This document shows positions 51,728-60,984 of a DNA stretch of 64,000 bases, piece after piece (positions within the stretch are counted from its first letter, which is position 1; each line of letters starts with the position of its first letter). The notes beneath the pieces are model-generated. The model was not told the DNA's origin, made no database searches, and saw only the letters and a program-made list of their open reading frames with translations. Made by a program: the position numbers and the translations under genes. Origin of the DNA: an uncultured Gammaproteobacteria bacterium (lineage in GTDB: Bacteria; Patescibacteriota; Microgenomatia; Woykebacterales; RBG-16-39-9b); the NCBI GenBank assembly GCA_965231125.1, contig OZ246414.1, forward strand, positions 209,739 through 273,738, in the 5' to 3' direction.

Positions 51728-51821
51728 TGGTTAGATTTCCTTTCTCCTACCGAAGATGTGGACTTTCTGGCCGCTAAGCCAGGCAAAAGTCTACCAAAAT
51801 TGCATGATATAATCAAGCCTA

Positions 51822-52502
51822 ATGAAGATTACCGACATTGTCGCCCAGAAAAAAGATTCTAAGAGAGTAAACGTCTTTCTTGATGGCGAATTTGCTTTTG
51901 GGATAAGCGCCGAGATTCTTTTTGAAAAAAGGCTAAAGATCGGCCAGAGTTTATCCGAAAAAGAAACCGCCTCTATTGTTCAAGCAGATCAGGCTGTCAG
52001 ACTTTTAAATAAAGCGCTGCGATTTTTATCGTACCGGCCTCGAAGCGAAAAAGAAATTCGAGACCATTTGCTACGTAAAGGTAAGCTTAAAGATGTGGAA
52101 AAATCTGACACTGAGAAAGTTGAGTACGAAAAATCGGTCGACGCAGTGATAAAAAAATTAAAAAATCTAGGCCAAATTAACGACAAAGAATTCGCTCTCT
52201 GGTGGGTTGAACAGAGGGGGAAGTTTAGGCCGAGAGGGAAGATGTTGGTAAAGTTGGAGTTGTTACAAAAGGGAGTGGATAAGGAGCTCATTGGAGAATT
52301 AACCCAGGGGACACACGAGACAGGAGCGACAAATGAATTAGAGTTGGCTAAGAAAGTTGCTCTGAAAAAGTCTGTTAGCTACAAAAAATTAGAGCCAGCG
52401 GACTTTAAAATTAAGATGGGGCACTTTTTGGCGAGACGCGGGTTCACTTGGGACGTGATAAAAAAAACCGTTGACAGTTTAGTAGACAAAGGAGTAAAAT
52501 AG
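51822..52502 (+). CDS. recX: Regulatory protein RecX
   Basis: ALRFLSYRPRSEKE, IND.EFA, EL.QKGV, L.RRGF. Confidence 0.93.
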   Translation: MKITDIVAQKKDSKRVNVFLDGEFAFGISAEILFEKRLKIGQSLSEKETASIVQADQAVRLLNKALRFLSYRPRSEKEIRDHLLRKGKLKDVEKSDTEKVEYEKSVDAVIKKLKNLGQINDKEFALWWVEQRGKFRPRGKMLVKLELLQKGVDKELIGELTQGTHETGATNELELAKKVALKKSVSYKKLEPADFKIKMGHFLARRGFTWDVIKKTVDSLVDKGVK

Positions 52503-52668
52503 GTATCGAGTTAGTTAGAAGAATTAGATTGACAGGACAATAAATTCCACAATCTAGAGTCTTACTTCTTAACTACTTTTATCCCCGTCTCGCGAGCGGG
52601 CCGAGCCGGACCTGCCCCATTAAAACTTATGAACATTTATCAAGAAAGGTCTAAGGTGAAAATAATTT

Positions 52669-54156
52669 ATGGATCCAGCTTTAATTGCAATGGGAGCCCT
52701 AGTAGTTGGGGCTTTCGTAGGCTTCGCCTATCAAAACTTTGTTAAGTCAAAACTTCCCCAAAAATCTTCTGGAGAAAAACCGTCTGAAGGGACCTCAAAC
52801 GCCCGCGAACTAATCATCGAAGCCAAAGATGAAGCTTACAAAATTAAACGTGAGGCCGAAGAAGAGGCGCGAAAGGTCCGTGAAGAGGTAATAAAATTGG
52901 AAGCTAGAGTCGCCTCAAGAGAAGAGACCATCGAGAAAAAACTTTCCGAGATTGAAACCAAAGAGGCATCTCTGGCGAAGAGAAATGATGAATCCGAAAA
53001 AATTCGAGCTGAACTCGTAACTAAATTAGAAAAAGTTGCTGGTGTTACTAGAGACGAAGCGAAAAAACTAATTGTTGATGCTACTGAATCGCATTTGAAA
53101 GAAGAAGTTGCTCGAAGGATCCGTGAAGCCGAGGAACAAGTTAAAAAGGAAGCCGATGAAAAAGCAAAAAATATTTTGGTAGACGCGATGAAGCATGGTG
53201 CTACCGATTATGTTGCAGAATACACCACCTCCACAGTTAAACTTCCCGATGACGAAATGAAAGGGCGAATTATTGGCAAAGAAGGCCGCAATATAAAGGC
53301 TTTTGAGATAGCCACTGGGGTTGATGTAGATCTTGATGATCCCGGAATTGCCCGACTTTCATCTTTCGACGGGGAGCGGCGTGAAGTCGCCAAGATTTCT
53401 CTTGAGCGGCTAATGGCCGATGGTAGAATCCAGCCAACAAGAATTGAAGAAATTGTCGACCGCGTCAAAAAAGAATTCGAAAAAATCCGCCGCGAAGAAG
53501 GAGAAAAGCTTGCCAACGAGGTGGGCGCTCCGAACCTACCCTTGGAGATACTAGAAACTTTAGGAAGATTCAAGTGGCGCTTTTCTTACGGACAGAACCT
53601 TTGGCTGCACACTTTGGAAGAGACCAAGATTGGTATGGCGATAGCTCGTGAAGTTGGCGCCGACTTGAACATAGTTCGGCTTGGGTGTCTCTTTCACGAT
53701 ATTGGTAAAGTGTTTACCCCAGAGCAGGAAGGTACTCACGTGCAAGTTGGCGCCGACTTTTTAAGAAAATTTAAGATGGACCCGAAAGTAATTGCCTGCG
53801 TTGAGGAACACCATGAAGATAAACCTTTTTCAGCAGTAGAATCTGTTATTGTCTGGATTTCCGATGCAATTTCTGGTTCCCGACCCGGCGCCAGACACGA
53901 AGCAGTTGAGGATTATATAAAACGAGTAACCGAAATTGAAAATGTTGCCAGTTCCTTCCGCGGGGTTGAGAAATCCTTTGCAATCGCAGCTGGCCGGGAA
54001 GTACGGGTAATTGTAATACCGGAGCAAGTTAGCGATGCCGACCTAACAAAACTAGCGCATGACGTTGCGGATAAAATCCATGATTCAATTACATACCCAG
54101 GACAGGTGAAAGTCACAGTAGTTAGGGAAACACGGGCGGAATCCGTCGCTAGATGA
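52669..54156 (+). CDS. rny: Ribonuclease Y
   Basis: TM, coiled coil, KH MKGRIIGKEGRNI, HD domain HDIGK, RPGAR. Confidence 0.97.
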   Translation: MDPALIAMGALVVGAFVGFAYQNFVKSKLPQKSSGEKPSEGTSNARELIIEAKDEAYKIKREAEEEARKVREEVIKLEARVASREETIEKKLSEIETKEASLAKRNDESEKIRAELVTKLEKVAGVTRDEAKKLIVDATESHLKEEVARRIREAEEQVKKEADEKAKNILVDAMKHGATDYVAEYTTSTVKLPDDEMKGRIIGKEGRNIKAFEIATGVDVDLDDPGIARLSSFDGERREVAKISLERLMADGRIQPTRIEEIVDRVKKEFEKIRREEGEKLANEVGAPNLPLEILETLGRFKWRFSYGQNLWLHTLEETKIGMAIAREVGADLNIVRLGCLFHDIGKVFTPEQEGTHVQVGADFLRKFKMDPKVIACVEEHHEDKPFSAVESVIVWISDAISGSRPGARHEAVEDYIKRVTEIENVASSFRGVEKSFAIAAGREVRVIVIPEQVSDADLTKLAHDVADKIHDSITYPGQVKVTVVRETRAESVAR

Positions 54157-54248
54157 TGTATTTAGTATTTGGTATATAATATCTGGTATAGAAAAACAGG
54201 AACTATAAAGCCACATACTAAATACAAAACACACAATACAAAATACAA
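54157..54248. repeat. Two 7-nt-period tracts in inverted orientation
   Basis: GTATTTA/GTATTTG/GTATATA... facing AAATACA/AAACACA/CAATACA/AAATACA. Confidence 0.75.
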
Positions 54249-54323
54249 TGCGAATTCTTAGCCCACGAAGCCCGCTTTGCGGGGCGAGTGGTCGCAAGAT
54301 TTTCGACACTGATTTAGTTTAGA

Positions 54324-55115
54324 ATGAAAATCTTATTCATAGGTGATATTGTTGCAAAACCTGGTAGGCAAGCAGTAGAAGAAGTCTTACCAGATATAAT
54401 TAAGAAAGAAAAAATCGATCTTTGTGTGGCCAACATTGAAAACCTAACTCACGGTAAAGGCGCCACAGCCGAAAGAGTTGATGACATGAGGGAGGCTGGA
54501 GTCGATATTTTCACTTCGGGAAATCACATTTGGTTCCGCAAGGAGTTTGAAGAGGTCCTTAATAATGATCCAACCGTGATCCGACCAGCAAACTATCCAG
54601 CCGATGCGCCTGGTTTCGGTTTCACCTACGCAACCGTCGGTAAGGAAAAAGTTCTAATTATTAATTTAATTGGTCGGCAGTGGATTGACGAACCGGTGGA
54701 CGAGCCCTACCGGGTTGTCGACGCCTTACTTTTGGATCAAGTCGATAAAGAAAAACCAAGCGCTATACTACTAGATTTTCACGCCGAGGCAACTAGTGAA
54801 AAAAATGCTATGGCTTGGTTCTTGGACGGCAGAATCACGGCTCTCGTTGGGACTCATACGCATATCCCGACCGCAGATTCTTGGGTTTTACCAAAAGGTA
54901 CAGCCTTAGTTACCGATATTGGTATGACGGGAGCATTGCACTCTGTTCTTGGGGTAGACCCTTCCATAATTATCGCTAAACAGAAAGACCCAGCCGCGAT
55001 CAAATTTGAGTGGGTGGAGAAAGGACCAAAGGTTTTTCGTTCGGTTTTGATTGAAACAGATAAAAAAGGGCTTGCTAAATCAATCAAAAGGGTAGATAAA
55101 TTAATAGGAACGTAG
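54324..55115 (+). CDS. ymdB: YmdB-family metallophosphoesterase
   Basis: FIGD, N.EN, TSGNH, RPANYP, DFHAEATSEK, GTHTH; follows rny. Confidence 0.93.
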   Translation: MKILFIGDIVAKPGRQAVEEVLPDIIKKEKIDLCVANIENLTHGKGATAERVDDMREAGVDIFTSGNHIWFRKEFEEVLNNDPTVIRPANYPADAPGFGFTYATVGKEKVLIINLIGRQWIDEPVDEPYRVVDALLLDQVDKEKPSAILLDFHAEATSEKNAMAWFLDGRITALVGTHTHIPTADSWVLPKGTALVTDIGMTGALHSVLGVDPSIIIAKQKDPAAIKFEWVEKGPKVFRSVLIETDKKGLAKSIKRVDKLIGT

Positions 55116-55149
55116 TGACGCAGTATTAGAGCGAAGGGAGGTGTTTTAA

Positions 55150-55422
55150 TTGCTCAAAGCAGATATTGTTGAAAAAGTTGCTAAAGAAGCCCATCTTACC
55201 AAAAAAGCGGCTAAAGAAGCCGTCGATGCCACCTTTAACACGGTAAACACCGCCTTAAAAAAAGGGGAAAAAGTTGTGCTTTCTGGTTTTGGAACATTCA
55301 TCATTCGCGAGAGGAAATCACGAGTCGGCCGGAACCCAAAGACAGGAAGCAGTTTGCAACTTCCCCAAATGAATACTATTGGTTTCATCGCCGCCAAACA
55401 GATGAAAAAATCCGTGCGTTAG
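55150..55422 (+). CDS. hup: HU family DNA-binding protein
   Basis: GFGTF, R.GRNPKTG; SD GGAGGTG before a TTG start. Confidence 0.95.
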   Translation: MLKADIVEKVAKEAHLTKKAAKEAVDATFNTVNTALKKGEKVVLSGFGTFIIRERKSRVGRNPKTGSSLQLPQMNTIGFIAAKQMKKSVR

Positions 55423-55760
55423 GGTGGAAAAGTGTCGTCTAATAACAAGTTGAAACCTTGGGTAGCATCTCCACCGAAGAAAAACCACTATTCTCTACAT
55501 TTTAGTTCAGCTAATTAACAGTCAAAAATTCTGCGTCTTTCAGAATAGTTTATAAGTCCAATATACCAGTATATTGCACCAATTGTATCCAAAGAAAAAC
55601 GACCCTTTTGCCAATCCTTCGTAGCTTTATGCGAAGAATGGATCGAGTCGTTTTCCCTCCTAAGAGAACCTCAAAGAGATTCCCTTGGGTTTTACGAGGA
55701 AGGCTTTGAGGCTTCCTCGGGATGAGATTGTTGCGAGTCTCGCATCCGTGGACTCTGCTC

Positions 55761-56099
55761 TTAAGTTGTTGGGGCTGGTCCTATTCGACTCTCAAGATCG
55801 GGTACTGAGTCGAGTATGGCCTTGATCTGCGCTAGGGCCAGGAGCTGGGGATCGTGAGCGCTGAGCGAGAACGGGCCGCCGCCAATTTTCCTTCTTTCCG
55901 CGATCTGATCATACAAAGTCCTAAGCCGCTTAAGGTACCAGTTGTAGAACTCTTCCTTCGTGATACCCATACCCGTTACTGCGGGGCAGAGTGCTACCGA
56001 AGTTGCCAGACCCTGCAAGATCATGAACTCGTTGGTAGGGTTCTGTGGCGCTTTATTGCTCGCGTCGCTTACTACACGCTCCAATGTCGGTATGCCCAT
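55761..56099 (-). CDS. Hypothetical protein
   Basis: SD AAGGAG and a consensus TTGACA-17-TATAAT promoter upstream. Confidence 0.65.
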   Translation of the reverse strand: MGIPTLERVVSDASNKAPQNPTNEFMILQGLATSVALCPAVTGMGITKEEFYNWYLKRLRTLYDQIAERRKIGGGPFSLSAHDPQLLALAQIKAILDSVPDLESRIGPAPTT

Positions 56100-56192
56100 C
56101 GTTGCTCTCCTTCCTAAAAATAGACAGAATTACTTGCTTCGGAGAGAAATTATAGCAAAGTTAGAAACAATTGTCAACTATAGGATTGTTAC

Positions 56193-57062
56193 TTAAGTAA
56201 CGAAGAAAACTTCTCTTTTGCGTTTGAAGTCGGTGGCTACGTGTTCGGCTTCGCCTTTTAACACCGCTTCGTATTCCTTGCAAAAAATGCAGTTTTCCGA
56301 GTTGTGAGGGAAATTATCCGCAAGCTTGGTTTTTTCCACCGCCAGTGCCCTTTGCTCAACCATTTTTAGTGCCGCGCCTAGATCCTTCATCTGCACCTCT
56401 TTTGGAGCCTTATCTTTATCCAAATACCAGTAACTTGTTTTTCGCACGGGTTTGTTAAGAGTCTCATTCGCCAAAATTGTGTAAATCGGCAGCTGCAACG
56501 AGTCGTCGGCCTCTTCGTGCTGGCCAGTTTTAAAATCGAGAATATGCAAACCGTCTTCATACGGCTCCAACCAATCAAAGTTTCCTACTAAGACGATCTC
56601 TTTTTCGGGGAAAAGCTTTTTCTTCGGAAAGTCGGGAGCTGTCATGGGAGTTTTTCCCGCGAAGTCTTTATTTGCAAAAAAGCGCTCTGCCATCGCCACG
56701 GAGCGGTCTTTAAACTCTTTTTCTTGAGAAGAGGATTTAAACCCGCCAATTTTCCTAGGCTTTAGCAGCCAGCCGCGGGAAAGCTCATACATCAGCTTGT
56801 CTTTATTTCTCTCGGTTGGCGGGTAGCGGTTAACAAAATTATCAATTGCATCGTGAACAATTTCTCCTAACGAAAGGTATGGGTTCGCCACTTGGATACG
56901 AAAATTATTGCCGAAAGCTTTGTCTCGATAGAGGTTGCGCAGAAAGTAAAAGTGCGGACATTTTTCAAAATCGGAAAGTGATGAGTGAGAAATCCAAGTT
57001 GTATTAGGATTATAATCAAAAGCCATAAGAGACAGCTTAACCGACTTATTTGCCTTTTTCAA
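56193..57062 (-). CDS. PD-(D/E)XK nuclease family protein (RecB-like; start uncertain)
   Basis: SHSS...F.KCP, G...H, G.FD, DFKTG, QL.IY, C..C. Confidence 0.85.
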   Translation of the reverse strand: MKKANKSVKLSLMAFDYNPNTTWISHSSLSDFEKCPHFYFLRNLYRDKAFGNNFRIQVANPYLSLGEIVHDAIDNFVNRYPPTERNKDKLMYELSRGWLLKPRKIGGFKSSSQEKEFKDRSVAMAERFFANKDFAGKTPMTAPDFPKKKLFPEKEIVLVGNFDWLEPYEDGLHILDFKTGQHEEADDSLQLPIYTILANETLNKPVRKTSYWYLDKDKAPKEVQMKDLGAALKMVEQRALAVEKTKLADNFPHNSENCIFCKEYEAVLKGEAEHVATDFKRKREVFFVT

Positions 57063-57085
57063 GCTTTAGCCTTAAACTTTATATC

Positions 57086-58366
57086 ATGGATTCCGCCCGA
57101 GATATTATTGACGAAGCCAAAAAAGTTCTCTACGGAAATTTAAAAACCGGGTACTCCACATGGGCCAAAAGCGAATACAAGTACATCAGTCCTTCGCGAG
57201 ACCACTACCACCACCAATGGTTTTGGGATTCTTGCTTTCACGCAATCGTTCTCTCCCATTTTGACATTGAGCTTGCCAAGAATGAGATTCGCTCGCTTCT
57301 TCGCGCCCAGCGGAAAAATGGTTTTATTCCCCACGTAATTTACTGGCGGGAAGGGAGGTTTAGACGGCCAATCGCTGGTCTTGGAGCGCTGTTAGAGTCC
57401 AAACTTTCCCTTGAACCAACATCTACAGAAATGATTCAACCACCTCTCATTGCCCAGGCGGTCGAGGCAATTTACAAGAAAGAAAAAAATCTAAGTTTTC
57501 TAATTGAGGTAGTCCCAAAAATTAGAGAATACTATAAATGGATCGCTGAAAATCGCGATCCGGACAAGGACAACCTAATTTCAATAATTGCCCCGTACGA
57601 ATCCGGCCTGGACCAAAGCCCGGCATTTGATCCAATTCTCGGTGTTGAAAATCGTAATATCTTATTAATAGCTTTGGCTGGCCGGAAGGTTACGTTCAAA
57701 AATTTACTTAGAGACTACTCGCTTGATAAGATTTTTGCCGCCGATTATTTCAATGTTGAGGATGTGTTTGTAAATTCGATTTATATATACAATCTGAAAA
57801 TTATGGCGAACCTACTTCACGAAATTGATGCAGAGGGAGATGCCCGCTGGTTTTTGCAAAAATACCACTTGGCAAAAGAGGCTCTGGTAAAAAAATGTTT
57901 TGATAAGGAAAATAAAATCTTTTTTGACATATATTCAAAAGAAGAAAAAATGTCCAAGATTATTACCATAAAGAGTTTGACGCCACTTATTTTGGATATT
58001 GATGAGAAGATTGTTAAGGCGTTGGTGGCGCGTCATTTGGAAAATACAAATGAATTTAATCTCCCGTACCCACTACCAACCGTTGCTCGAAATGAGCCTT
58101 CGTTTGCGCCGTCGCCTTCGACTATTGCTAAAGAACCGGTTATTTGGCGAGGCCCAACTTGGGTAAACACCAATTGGTATTTAGTTAAAGGTTTAAGGAA
58201 ACACGGTTTTAATGAGTTTGCCCAGACGATCGTCGATCGCACTGTAGAGCTCGTAAAAAGAGGCGGTTTTAGAGAATTTTTTGATCCCTTCACCGGCGAA
58301 GGATATGGCGCCTCATATTTTGGCTGGTCCACCTTAGTTGTTGATATGATGGCAGAACCCGAATGA
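57086..58366 (+). CDS. Glycoside hydrolase, GH63/MGH1- or trehalase-like
   Basis: QWFWDSCFHA, QPP, ESGLD.SP, WRGPTW.NTNW, FREFFDP.TG.G. Confidence 0.85.
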   Translation: MDSARDIIDEAKKVLYGNLKTGYSTWAKSEYKYISPSRDHYHHQWFWDSCFHAIVLSHFDIELAKNEIRSLLRAQRKNGFIPHVIYWREGRFRRPIAGLGALLESKLSLEPTSTEMIQPPLIAQAVEAIYKKEKNLSFLIEVVPKIREYYKWIAENRDPDKDNLISIIAPYESGLDQSPAFDPILGVENRNILLIALAGRKVTFKNLLRDYSLDKIFAADYFNVEDVFVNSIYIYNLKIMANLLHEIDAEGDARWFLQKYHLAKEALVKKCFDKENKIFFDIYSKEEKMSKIITIKSLTPLILDIDEKIVKALVARHLENTNEFNLPYPLPTVARNEPSFAPSPSTIAKEPVIWRGPTWVNTNWYLVKGLRKHGFNEFAQTIVDRTVELVKRGGFREFFDPFTGEGYGASYFGWSTLVVDMMAEPE

Positions 58367-59208
58367 ACCACTATTTAGCGGAGTATTTGGGAGAAAGTTA
58401 TAAAGAGGCTCATATAGACTCGTCTCACGAAGGTTATTCTTGTCGCGCCGTCTTAGTTGGAGAGCGGGTTGCCCCTGTTGTTACAATTGTTCCAGGATTT
58501 AGTTCTGAGATTGAGCAAATGGCTCCTTTCATAAAAAAATTCCGGCTGTCAGGTTACAGCGTTGTCTGTCTTTCACAACCAGGAGCACCGACTTCGGCTC
58601 AGCCTAATCATTTTTACAAACACCAAGGATTTTCTGGTTTTGCTGCTTCGGTTAAAAAAGCACTGGCGCGTTTTGGAATCCCAAAAACTTTTATTTATGC
58701 GTCTTCTACAGGGGCAGCGGCCGCCGCTTCTTTAGCGTCCGAAGAGGCAAGTTTGGTGCAGTCAATTGTTGCCATGAACCCAGCGGCCCTTTTTTCCCAA
58801 TCACCATTTTCGGCCGCCTATGGATCCATCTTTACCTTGTTCGTGGATTGGAGAAGGCACGCTGGCGTTGTTAAGGATGCGCCTCGCCCACCAAAACCAA
58901 AAGTTAATTTCTTAGTTTCAACCTATCGTCACTACTGGGGTTTTTGGAATCTTTCCAAGATTGCGGCGCAAGATTCAACTTTTGAAAATCTAAAAAAAGT
59001 TTCGGCACCGGTACTAATTTTAGTTGGCGAAAAAGACACCCTAGCGCAGTTTGGAAAAATTAAAGAGCGAGTTGAGAATTTTAAAAATGTCCAGGTTTAT
59101 TCAATGGCCGGTTTTTCTCATTCAGACCCGAATTCGGAAGAAAAGATTGAGGAGACTATCGAAAAAGCAGCCTGCTGGTTTGAAAAAAGTGAACCCGCTT
59201 ACCGGTGA
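58363..59208 (+). CDS. Alpha/beta fold hydrolase
   Basis: VPGF, ASSTG nucleophile elbow, PVLI.VGEKD, H. Confidence 0.75.
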   Translation: MNHYLAEYLGESYKEAHIDSSHEGYSCRAVLVGERVAPVVTIVPGFSSEIEQMAPFIKKFRLSGYSVVCLSQPGAPTSAQPNHFYKHQGFSGFAASVKKALARFGIPKTFIYASSTGAAAAASLASEEASLVQSIVAMNPAALFSQSPFSAAYGSIFTLFVDWRRHAGVVKDAPRPPKPKVNFLVSTYRHYWGFWNLSKIAAQDSTFENLKKVSAPVLILVGEKDTLAQFGKIKERVENFKNVQVYSMAGFSHSDPNSEEKIEETIEKAACWFEKSEPAYR

Positions 59209-59468
59209 TACCAGAAAGCGGGTCCTTTTGTGTCTAGATATATCAGAAGGCCAAAAACGCCGACCAGTCCCCAGCAGGTGAAATATCGGGCCGTTACTTC
59301 CACTTCTCCAGGATGAGCAGCGAAGAAGCCTCCACCTCTAATCCCCAAATCCGCCAACATGTAGGCAGTGGCGAAAAAGAGACGGAACCCTCCTCCCCAA
59401 ATTAGTCCTGACTGAAACGAAGTCATGGTCCATAGACCACGCAGGAAACTGCCGTCACTAAGGTTCAT
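59199..59468 (-). CDS. Small membrane hypothetical protein
   Basis: SD GGAGGTG, TGCTATAAT promoter, 2 TM helices. Confidence 0.6.
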   Translation of the reverse strand: MNLSDGSFLRGLWTMTSFQSGLIWGGGFRLFFATAYMLADLGIRGGGFFAAHPGEVEVTARYFTCWGLVGVFGLLIYLDTKGPAFWYHR

Positions 59469-59593
59469 CTCTCACCTCCTTGCGGTATATTATAGCACAG
59501 AAAAGCAAACTATAGGTTGACTTCGGTGAGATTTTTATGTATGATAACGAAACTAATTTTGGCAGATAAGCTTTAAATGAAAGGAGACAAAAA

Positions 59594-59917
59594 ATGCCCA
59601 CTAACTGGCCCATTTATCTGTGCCTCTATGGGTCGGGGAAACCGAAGTTCCGACTGGACACGATGACTCCTGAAGAGGTCGAAACTTTGGCGTCCTTGAT
59701 GACTCACCACTACGAACCTTTCACTACTGCCATAAGGGTGAAAATCGACGGGGGAGTGTCGCGAGTAAATCCAGAAGCTGACCGATTAGCGAGGTCAAAG
59801 GGAATTCATATCGGTCCTTACCACCGAGGCTCAATGAACATAGGTTTAGGCATTTCAGATCTGTCAAAGATACCTCAGCTAGTCAAGGATCTAAAAGAGG
59901 TACTTGGCATGATCTAG
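59594..59917 (+). CDS. Hypothetical protein
   Basis: SD AAGGAG, own promoter and terminator. Confidence 0.65.
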   Translation: MPTNWPIYLCLYGSGKPKFRLDTMTPEEVETLASLMTHHYEPFTTAIRVKIDGGVSRVNPEADRLARSKGIHIGPYHRGSMNIGLGISDLSKIPQLVKDLKEVLGMI

Positions 59918-59930
59918 TGATAACCACATT

Positions 59931-59971
59931 GGCGAGCTGTCTGAATAATTTAGGCAGCTCGCCTCTTTTTT
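59931..59971 (+). terminator. Intrinsic terminator
   Basis: GGCGAGCTGTCTGA / TTAGGCAGCTCGCC stem, then a T-run. Confidence 0.75.
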
Positions 59972-59988
59972 ATGCTAAACTCACACTT

Positions 59989-60936
59989 ATGAAAAAACTT
60001 TTGGCCGTTGTTGGGCCGACGGCAACTGGTAAAACAGATTTAGCGATTTCTCTTGCGAAAAAATTTAACGGCGAAATTGTCTCCGCGGATTCACGGCAGA
60101 TTTACAAAGGGATGGATATTGGGACCGGGAAGGAATTAAGTCAAAAGTCAAAAGTCAAAAGTCAAAAATTCGAAAAACACAAAGGATATTGGGTTGTTGA
60201 GGGGATACCAATTTATCTTTATGATGTTATCAATCCAGACGAGAGTTTTTCAGTGGCGGAGTACCAACAGCTTGCTTACGAAAAAATTGCAAAGATTCAC
60301 GAAAAAGAAAAATTGCCAATATTAGTTGGTGGGACCGGTTTGTACACAAGATCTGTACTACAAGGTTTGAAGATACCTCAAGTTGCGCCGGATAATAATT
60401 TAAGAAAAAAATTAGAAAAAAAACCACTCGGAATCCTTCTTAAAGAGTTGGAAGAGGTGGACTATAAAGCTTATCAAAAAATTGATAAATCCAACCCTCG
60501 TCGAGTTATACGAGCGCTTGAAGTTTATTTAAAAACAGGTAGAACTATATCGGAACTCGCAGCAAAATTTAAGCCGAACTTTGAAAGTCTTGTGGTTGGC
60601 CTTTCGGCCCCGCGCGAAGTTTTATATGAAAAAGCGGATAAAAGAGTGGAACTTTGGTTTAAAACAGGTTTTGTCGATGAGGTACGAGAGCTTTTGAAAA
60701 AGTATTCCTCGGATTTACCATCGATAAACTCTTTGGGTTATCGGCAGGCAGTTTCGTACCTCCAAAACAAAATTTCACTCCCGGAGGCTATCCAAAGAAC
60801 AAAATTTGATCATCACGGTTACATCCGCCGGCAACTGACTTGGTTTAGAAAAGAGAGGGTTGAATGGTTTGATGTCGGCCGTCCAGGATTCGAAAAAGAA
60901 ATTTACAGAAAAGTGCGGGAATGGATTAAAGACTAA
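59989..60936 (+). CDS. miaA: tRNA dimethylallyltransferase
   Basis: GPTATGKT, SADSRQIY.GMDIGT.K, VGGTGLY, RVIRALE, RQLTWF. Confidence 0.97.
   Translation: MKKLLAVVGPTATGKTDLAISLAKKFNGEIVSADSRQIYKGMDIGTGKELSQKSKVKSQKFEKHKGYWVVEGIPIYLYDVINPDESFSVAEYQQLAYEKIAKIHEKEKLPILVGGTGLYTRSVLQGLKIPQVAPDNNLRKKLEKKPLGILLKELEEVDYKAYQKIDKSNPRRVIRALEVYLKTGRTISELAAKFKPNFESLVVGLSAPREVLYEKADKRVELWFKTGFVDEVRELLKKYSSDLPSINSLGYRQAVSYLQNKISLPEAIQRTKFDHHGYIRRQLTWFRKERVEWFDVGRPGFEKEIYRKVREWIKD
60138..60165. repeat. (AAGTCAA)x4 heptamer tract inside miaA
   Basis: Four perfect copies; encodes SQKSKVKSQK. Confidence 0.9.
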
Positions 60937-60984
60937 AATTTGCTTGGAAAGGCGAGTTTCTGCTAAAATTTAACTAGGTTTTCA

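Noticed and set aside
56193-57062. Cas4 or CRISPR adaptation gene
   Set aside because: The motifs fit a generic PD-(D/E)XK RecB-like nuclease, and there is no cas1, cas2 or array nearby.
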